The position numbers were made by a program, and so were the translations under genes. This document shows positions 55,301-64,000 of a stretch of DNA of 64,000 nt, piece after piece (the stretch's first letter is position 1; each line of letters opens with the position of its first letter). The stretch comes from Chiloscyllium plagiosum (Eukaryota), in the NCBI RefSeq assembly GCF_004010195.1, contig NC_057719.1, forward strand, positions 76,974,702 to 77,038,701, written 5' to 3'. The notes under the pieces were generated by a model that saw only the letters and a program-made list of their open reading frames with translations, did no database searches and was not told the origin of the DNA.

Positions 55301-55797
55301 TACACCTACATGTGTTAATTTGTTGTTTCAAGAATGAGGATAAAACCTGAGAATTTCAAGATGTATCAGTGGATGCTGCAGTTGTTGGGTGGTTGTGTAG
55401 CTCTTTTGCCATGTGCAGACATCAATATAGATACAGTAATGATTCAACTCTTGATATTCATCAGCTTGTTTTCAACATTAGATTTTGAGAGTTTTAAGTA
55501 TGTACTTAATAAAACATTTCTTTGTCTTTTCCAAAAATTGCTTTACTGATCTAAATCCATAAATTTCTAGTGAACATTCAGTTCTGGTTTTTATTAGAGA
55601 AAACAAGCATTTGCTGGAGGCAAGCCTTTATTTCTGTGAATTTTGAAAAAACATGCCAGCACCTATTTGACAAGGGCTAAGCATAAAAGTAATGAAATTA
55701 GAATGAACTGTTGCTTTGTAATATTACTGAGACTTAAAGTACAATTTCTACACCAGAAAATATTAAATAATGTATTGCTGTATTTTGCACATAACAT

Positions 55798-56158
55798 GTG
55801 ACCTTAGAGGTTTACAAAATTATGAGGGGCATGAATCAGATAAATAGACAAAGTCGGGAAGCCCAGAACGAGAGGGCATAGGTTTAGGGTGAGAGGGGAA
55901 GGATATAAAAGAGACCTAAGGGGCAACTTTTTCACGCAGAGGGTGGTGCATGTAGGGAATGAGCTGCCAGAGGAAGTGGTGGAGGCTGGTACAATTGCAA
56001 CATTTAAAAGGCATTTGGATGGGTATATGAATAGGAAGGGTTTGGAGGGATATGGGCCGGGTACTGGCAGGTGGGTCTAGATTGGGTTGGGATATCTGGT
56101 TGGCATGGACGGGTTGGACCGAAGGGTCTGTTTCCATGCTGTTCATTTCTATGACTCT
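55798..56158 (+). mobile_element. CR1 LINE 3' fragment
   Basis: Near-identical to 9120-9498 and 36920-37297. Confidence 0.92.
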
Positions 56159-57169
56159 GACACAAAACTGAAATTAGTGTCGTATCCTGTTGAGTGTTCA
56201 ATTATTTATGCTTCCATTTATTCTTTTGATCTCTAGTTGCATTCTTATCCATATGTTCATTTATCCCATCGTACATAATTAACACAAATCTTTATTTGTT
56301 ATGTCAGTTGAATATATTGAATGATGTCATGCTCAAACTGAAGTGTAAAGAGGAGATCTCACCTTAAATCTTAAGTCAGTCCCCAACAATGAAAAATAAG
56401 CAGAGTTGATAAGCTGAGTAGCCTAATTCTGCTCCTACCTTTAAAATGTACAAGATTTTCTTTTCACACAGTGAGTAGTTAGCATATGGAATGCACTGCC
56501 TGCACTGATGGAAGCAGATTCAATTAAGGCATTCAAGAGGATACTAGATGATCTTTTCGGAAAAAAAAGTGCAAAGTTATCGAGCAAAAGCTGAAAATTG
56601 GGAATAAGATGCTCATTTGAAGAGGCAGTGTAGACATGATGGACTCCTTCTGTGTCAAAGCGCTTTTGTTATTTTGTAAGCTTGTTAGATGTAAGGTATC
56701 GAGCAATTTTACTAATCAACTTGATGTCAAGATTGCCAGGATGCTAGAACAAAGAAGTAGAACTTATAACTCAAGTTAATAAAAATCTATGCAACCCTTA
56801 TGATGAAGAAATTTGCTTTCCTTACTGAGGCTGACTGACATTCAACATTGCATCCAAAGCAATATGGATAACTAGTAACTGCTCTCTGAAATGGCCTAAT
56901 CAAATTAAGGATAGCCAACATATGCTGGCATTGCCAGCGACCCCTATGTCTTATCAAAGAATAGTCACATGTAGGCCAGACCAGGTAAGGGTGGCAGATT
57001 TCCGTCTCTAACGGTCTTCAGTGAATCTGATGGATTTTAACTGACAGTCTGCATAGTTTTGTGGTCATTGTTGAATTCAAATTGTACTATCTGCCATTGG
57101 CAGGCTTTGAACTCCGATCCACAGAGTATTACCTGAGTCTATGGATTAATAGTCAAGTGATAAAACCAC

Positions 57170-57304
57170 ACACTTCCTGATGAAGGGATCCTGTCCAAAA
57201 TATCGATTTTCCTGCTCCTCTGATGCTGCCTGACCTGCTGTGCTTTTCCAGCACCACTCTAATCTTGACTTTAATCTCCAGCATCTGCAGTCCTCACTTT
57301 CGCC
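57170..57304 (+). mobile_element. Short PLE-derived 3' end with degenerate hammerhead core
   Basis: cCTGATGAagggatcctgtccaaaatatc; flanked by tgataaaaccac (57158-69) and tgacaaaaccac (57305-16). Confidence 0.65.
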
Positions 57305-58120
57305 TGACAAAACCACCAGGCCATCATCTACTCCAGTAGTTTTTTGGAGAGCCAAGGAAACAAAAACTGTGTATTCATTAATAGAGAGAGTATATTTTAA
57401 AATTTTTTCACAGGGTCTAATCGTTACTGGCAATACCAGAAATTATTGTACATCTCTGATTGTAGTTGAACCGCCCTAGTTCATCTGGTATCTCTACAAT
57501 CCAGTCTGGAAGGGAGCTCTAGGGTTTTGACCCAGCCAAAGAACGTGATTTAGTTCCAAGTCAGGATGACTTGTGACTTGAAAAGGAGTGTGAAGCTGGT
57601 GTGTTCCCATGTTTTCTGTGTCCTTCTAGATTGTGGATTTGGAAGATGCCATTGCAGGAGCCTTGTGCAGTGCATCTTGTATAAACTTGATAGTGATGCC
57701 CCCAGTGTTCATGGGGAGTAGTTAGAGAGTTAGTTGCTTTGTCTTGGATAGCATATTTGAGCTGTTTTAGCCAGACAAGTTGAAAGTGTTCCATGCCACT
57801 TGTGATTCCCTAAAACTTATCCACCATCTACAAAACGCAAGTCAGAGGTGAATGTTTCACCACTCAAATTCCAGCCTTTGACCTGCTCTTGCTAACTACA
57901 GTACTTGCATGACTAATCCAATTAAGCTTGTGGTCAGCGTAACATTGGGATGTTGATGGAGAAGTTCAACAGTAGTAATGCTTTGAACATCAAGGAGAAT
58001 TGTTTAGTTTAAATTCTTATTAAGTATAGCCATTGCCTTTGTACTTGTGAACGAATGTTACTTGCCGCAAGTGACCTTGGACTGCTTCAGTCTCTGAGGA
58101 ACTGCAAATAATACTGAATG

Positions 58121-60050
58121 TTAGATTTGTAAGTTTGCTGGCTGAGCTGCTGGATTTGTTATCAGATGTTTTGTTACCATGCTAGGTAACATCATCAGTG
58201 AAGCACTGGTGTTGCTGTCCCGCTTGGTGTTTATCCGTTTTAGTTTGTTGTGGTGGGTGATGGCACTTTCGGTTCTTTTTCTGAGAGGTTGATAAATGGG
58301 GTCCAAATCAATATGTTTGCTAATGGAGTTCCGGTTTGAATGCCAGGCCTCTAGGAATTACCATGTATGTCTTTGTTTAGCCTGCCCAGGATGGATGTAT
58401 TGTCCCAGTCAAACTGGTGTCCCTCTTCATCTGTGTGTATGGATACTAGTGATAGTTGGTGCTCATGTATCCTGGTGGCTAACTTCCAGCCTGTCTGTCC
58501 AATGTAATGTTTGTTGCAGTCTTTGCAGGGTATTTTGCATATGACGGTCGTTCTGCTGGTTGTTGGTACGGGTCCTTTAAATTCATCACAAACTGTTTCG
58601 TTAAGGTGGTAGGTTTGTGGGCCACCATGATGCCTAGGGGCTGGAGTAGTCTGGTTGTCGTCTCCAAGATGTCTTTACTGTGTGGTAGGGTGTCCAGAGT
58701 TTCTGTGTTGTCTTCTTAGGTCTGTTGTATAGGAATCGGCGGACTGTGGGGTACCCGATGTTCCTGAATATGTTATACAGGTGTTTTTCCTCAGCTTCTT
58801 AGTTCCTGGGTGCTGCAGTGTGTTGTGGCTTGTTTAAATACTGAGGCAGTTCCATTTATGGATGTTGGCATGATTGCTCCTGTAGTTGAGAATCTGGTCA
58901 GTGTGTGTGGCTTTCCTGTAAACGATGGTCTCTAACTCTCCATTGGCTTTGTGTTCTAGCATGACACCTAGGAAAGGGAGTCTGTTGTTGTTCTCTTCCT
59001 CTATGGTGAACTTTATAATGGCAAGGATGTTGTTTATGGGTTTGTGGGTTTCTTTCAATCTGTTGCATTGCATGATGACAAAGATGTCATCCACATAGCG
59101 GACCCAAAGCTTGGGCTGAATCGTGGCAAGGGCTGTTCGTTCTCACCTTTCCATAACTGCTTCTGCTAAGAATCCTGATATTGGTGATCACATAGGCGTA
59201 CCATTGATTTGTTTGTAGCTCTTGTCATTGAAGGTGAAGAGGATTGTGAGGCACAGGTCTACTAGTTTGAGGATGCTGTCCTTTCTGATGGAGTTGGTGC
59301 TGTCAGGTGTTTGTGTCCTTGGTTTGTCTAGCAGTCAGGCCACTGTTTATTTGGCCAGGGTGATGTTTATTGATATGAATAGGGCCGTCACGTTGAAGGA
59401 GACCATGACCTCGTCGTCCTCTACCTTGATGTTATGGAATTCCTGGGTGGAGTGGCTTGAGTCTTCTACTAGGTGTTGTAATTCCTTTGTTTGGTGTACT
59501 GGGAAGTGAGACTATGGGTCTGAGGGGGGCCCTTTATTTAAGTATCTTTGGAAATCTGTAGAAATGTAGAAATCTGTAGAAAAGACCTCATTCTTTTGAG
59601 GTCTGTCCTGTTAATTTCACCTGTCTTGTAAAGTTTCCTCGGGGCTAGCTGTAATATGGTTTTCTAGCTGTGGAGTTAGGTCTATTGCCACCTGTTGGAA
59701 GGTATCGGTATCTGCGAGTATTGTGTTTGCTTTTTCAATTTATTGTGTTTTGTTCAGAATGATGGTCATGTGCCCTTTGTCTGCCAGTAGGATTGTCACA
59801 ATTCTAGTCTTTTCTGAGCCCTTTCAGGGCTTTCCTCTGTGTTGAGCGTGTTCAGTGCGTTGCCTTTCAGGGTGGATTCCAGTGCTGCTAGGAAGTCCTT
59901 TTTGTCCATGTCCCAGTGTTTGAAGTTCATCCCTTGTACGAGGATGGTCTTTTCTGTGTCTGAGAATGGTTGGTCTGACAGGTTCTTTATCCAAGTCTCT
60001 GAATTGACCGTGTAATTGCTGTGTGTAAGCTTGGCCAGTTCTTGTAGATA
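58121..60050 (-). mobile_element. Long decayed Penelope-like element (RT + GIY-YIG + 3' end)
   Basis: Minus strand WVRYVDDIF (~59081-59107), LPFLGV, VYRKATHTDQILNY, RLLQPLG, DPIYQPL; cactgatgatgttacc core near 58165-58200. Confidence 0.9.
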
Positions 60051-60051
60051 A

Positions 60052-60270
60052 ACACATAAACAACATCCTTACCGATGTAAAGAGAACAACAACAGACTCC
60101 CCTTCCTGGACGTCACGCTAGAACACAAAGCCGATGGAGAGCTTCAGACCAGCGTTTACAGGGAAGCCACACACACTGACCAGATACTCAACTGCAGGAG
60201 CAATCATCCCCACAAGTGGAGCTGCATTAAAACGTAATTTAAATGAGCCACAACACACTGCAACGCTCCA
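60052..60270 (+). mobile_element. Penelope RT fragment in opposite orientation
   Basis: ENNNRLPFLDVTLEHKADGELQTSVYREATHTDQILN, homologous to 58815-59035. Confidence 0.8.
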
Positions 60271-61142
60271 GGGAAAACGCCCCAGCCTATTCGGCCTGAC
60301 CCTATAGCTCAAACCCTCTAATGTTGGCAACATCCTTGTAAATGTTTTCTAAGCCCTTTCAAGTTTCACAACATCCTTCTTAGAGGAGGGAGACCAGAAT
60401 TGCACACTATTGTGCCCCTACCTTTGAGACTTTACATTTTTCTTCTTTAGATGATGTTAAAATAGCTTGCAACATTCAACATAAAAATTGTCAAAAGATA
60501 TCTAGATGAAATTATTAAACAACATTCTACAACGCCAAGCAAATAAACAACTTTAAATGTGTTAACTATGACACTGTATTCCTAATTAGTTTTATTTTCA
60601 GACCAAGAATGAATCTGGGAGATCATAGTGTTTTGTAAGGTGCAGAAGGAAAGCTATTTAGTCCATCAAATTAATACTGTGGTTGTGTGTGGATCTCTCA
60701 ATTCTGGGTCACGATGGCCTAAATTTTGCAGTCATTGGTAAAGTGGTAATGCACCAGTGAAGACAGCACATGCCAAATGTCTGTCGGTCTCTCTAGCATG
60801 CAATTCTCTCCTTTCCTGATGTTAATTTAAATCTGACGTGAACTACGTGGAATCTTCAGCGTCAGTCAACAAAACTGTCATCATGCAACCAATCATGTGA
60901 AAAATTCTTGTACACAATAAACCAGGAAGTAAAATTTCATGATTTTGTGCCACTTTATAATTATGCAGAGAAGAAAATTGAGATTAGGACATAGCTAAGA
61001 AACGAACGGTGCAAATATCACAAATATTTTTTAAAATATATTAAAATCATAATGCTGTTGTAGTGGAAATAACAGTGCAAAAAACAAGGCAGAAGCATTT
61101 TCAAGCACCTTCAACCAAAAATGCTGAGTGGATGTTCCGTGT

Positions 61143-61467
61143 GGGCGGCACGGTGGCACAGTGGTTAGCACTGCTGCCTCACAGCGCCAGAGACCCGGGT
61201 TCAATTCCCGCCTCAGGCGACTGACTGTGTGGAGTTTGCACATTCTCCCCGTGTCTGCGTGGGTTTCCTCCGGGTGCTCCGGTTTCCTCCCACAGTCCAA
61301 AGATGTGCAGGTCAGGTGAATTGGCCATGCTAAATTGCCCGTAGTGTTAGGAAAGGGGTAAAGGTAGGGGTATGGGTGGGTTGCGCTTCGGCGGGGTGGG
61401 TCGGTGTGGACTTGTTGGGCCGAAGGGCCTGTTTCCACACTGTAAGTAATCTAATCTAATCTAATCT
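61143..61467 (+). mobile_element. HE1-type SINE, full length and apparently young
   Basis: Intact A and B boxes, CpGs retained, (CTAAT)n tail. Confidence 0.92.
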
Positions 61468-62457
61468 CTTCCTGAGTTCTCTCTCCAGATGCCAGCCTTC
61501 AGCTAATTTGATTAACTCCAAGTAATATTAAGAAAGTGTTGAAAGCATTGGATACTGTCAAGGTACTGGGCCCTGATAACATTCCAGCAATAGTACTGAA
61601 GACTTGCCCATAGCAATGCTATCCCAGTACTGTCTGGTATGCAGCTGGCAATTTAGAAAATGCCCAGATATGGCCTGCTCACAAAAAATAACGGTCAAAT
61701 CCAACCCAGTCAATTACTGCTCCACCAGTATGCTCTCTATTATCAACTAATTGATAGAATGTATAAATGGCAATTACTCAATAAAAGCCTGATTACTGAT
61801 GTTCAGTTTAAGTTTGATCGGGTCCACTGAGCTCCTAATTCAGTACAGCCTTGTTCAAAAAGAACTAAAATTTGTGAGAGGAAGTGTAGGTGACTGTTTT
61901 TGACATCGAGGAGCCCTAGCAAACTGAAGTCCATGGAAATCAAGATGAAAACTTTACACTGGGCTCGCATCTAGCACCATTTTTGTCTGTGTCATTAGTG
62001 ACCTACCGTCCATTGTAAGGTCTGAAGTGAAGTGGTCTGCTGATGATTAAATAATAACATGGTTTGTGACTGCTCAGATTGCAGTGTCTCTGTCTGGTCC
62101 CACTACGTCATACGTCTTTCATAAATTAAAATGTTTCACCCAGTTACCAAATCGTCAGTTCTATAGGTTCGTTTTAAAAGCAAAAAAAAATTAATTTATT
62201 ATAAAATAGTATTTATTTGGTGAAGGTGCCAAGCAAGTTAATACACGTTTGAAAATAGGAAAAGTGTAGCTTTTTATCCTTCTAAATAAAATACATACAG
62301 ACACACCAGATAGCAGGCAAGAAGTAAAGATTTTATCTGTGGGGATTAAGTTTTAGGAAAACACATTTTAGTTAATAATGGTTAATTATTGAAGGAGAAA
62401 AAGATTTGGAATGAAGTATTCAAAATGGCTTTCAGTCCATGTTCTTGCACACGTAAG

Positions 62458-64000
62458 TAGAACATAAACAGTACAGCACAGTACAGGCCCTTTGGCCCTC
62501 TGTTCTACTGGCCTTTTATCCTACTTTAAAATCAGTCTAACATACATATCCTTCATTGTACTATCTTCCACTTGCCTATCCGAGAGCCTCGTAAATATCC
62601 CTAATGTGTCTGACTCTACTACAACTGCCGGCAATGCATTCCTTGTACCCATCACTCTGTGTAAAAAAAAAAAACCTACCTCTGACATCTCCCCTAAATC
62701 TTCCTCCAACTACCTTAAAATTATGTTCCCTCGTGATAGACATTGCTGCCATGAGGAAAGGTCTTTGGCTATCCACTCTCATTATCTTGTACAACTCTAT
62801 CAAGTCACCTATCATCCTCCTTCGATCCAATGAGAAAAGCCCTAGTTCCCTCAACTTTTCTTTATAAGACATGCCCTCCATTCCAGGTAGCATCCTGGTA
62901 AATCTCCTCTGCCCCCTTTCTGAAGCTTCCACATCTTTACTAAAATAAGCTGACCAGAACTGAACACAGCATTGCAAATGTGGTCTAACCAGGAGGCCTA
63001 CAGAGCTGCAGCATAACTCTTAACTCGGGGCTCTTAACTCAATCCTTCGCTAATGAAACCCACACACCATATTCCTCCTTAACATACCTGTTAACCTGGG
63101 TGGCAACTTTGAGGGATCTTTGACCATGGATCCCAAGGTCTCTCTATTCTGCCACACTGTGAAGAATTCTGCCTTTAACCCTGTATTCTGCATTCAAATT
63201 TGACCTTCCAAAGTGAATGACTTCATGCTTTTCAGGTTGAACTCCATCTGCCACATATCAGCCCAGTTCTGCATCCTGTCAATGTCTCATTGCAACCAAC
63301 AGCAACCCTCAGCGCTACGCACAACTCCACCAATCTTCGTGTCAACGGCAAGCTTACTAACTCACCCTTTCACTTCCTCATCCAAGTGATTTACAAAAAT
63401 CACAAAGATCAGAGGTCCCAGAACCAATCCCTGCAGAACACCACTGATCTCAGAGTTCCAGGCTGATTACTGTATATCTACCATCATCCTGTGTTCTGTG
63501 GGCTAGTCAATTCTGTATCCAGACAGACCAGTTCCCTGTATGCCGTGCTTCCTTATTTTTTGAATGAGCCTACCTTATCAAACATCTTGCTAAAATCCAT
63601 GTGCACCACATGTACTGCTCTGTCTTCATCAACATATTTTGTCACATCCTCTCAAAATTCAGTAGGGTTTGTGAGGCATGACCTGCCTCTCACAAAGCCA
63701 AGCTGACTATTTCTAATCAGATTATGGTTTTCCAAGTAATCATAAATACTGTCTCTCAGATTCTTCTTCAATACTTTGCCCACCACTGACATAACACTGA
63801 CTGGTCTGTAATTCACTGGATTATCCCTATTTCCTTTCTTGAACAAGGAAATAACATTTGCCACTCTGCAATCATCTGGCACGACTCGAGCAGACAGTGA
63901 GGAAGCAAAGATCATCGCCAAAGGTGCAGTAATCTCTTCCCGTCTTGTCCAGAGGATTTATCTAACCTTAATGTTTTTCAAACTTTTCAGCACATCTTCC
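62458..64000 (-). mobile_element. CR1 LINE (RT to 3' end), continues beyond the window
   Basis: NYRPVSVMSVVGK, GRSCLTN, CVQFWS and RRFTRMLPG motifs. Confidence 0.92.

Noticed and set aside
59551..59582. Short tandem gaaatctgta repeats
   Set aside because: Local slippage inside the dead Penelope copy.

Overview
Eukaryotic, repeat-rich DNA from a cartilaginous fish. HE1-type SINEs, shark-type CR1 LINEs and Deu-domain SINEs point to an elasmobranch; a bamboo/carpet shark is my guess. The window lies inside the pecanex-1 gene (pcnx1, + strand). Two coding exons are present (31979-32187 and 52731-52836), separated by a 20.5-kb intron; no pcnx1 start exon is visible upstream. The rest is intronic and dominated by decayed CR1, other LINE, Rex1/Babar, RTE, SINE and Penelope-like (PLE) elements; nearly all ORFs in the supplied track are repeat debris. 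The most unusual feature is a ~2.25-kb composite insertion (28736-30988). It is bounded by ~230-bp inverted Penelope 3' ends that each carry a hammerhead-ribozyme core, and it is flanked by an 11-bp target-site duplication. Its cargo is unspliced genomic DNA with an intact, splice-site-flanked exon of a different gene, aminopeptidase B (RNPEP-like), i.e. apparent PLE-mediated exon capture. Also notable: several other inverted PLE-end insertions with TSDs, a 61-bp long-range inverted repeat beside a consensus splice donor, a candidate recursive-splice/microexon site and a 277-bp tandem duplication. All homology calls are from recognition of motifs, not database searches. Repeat boundaries are approximate unless a TSD is given.
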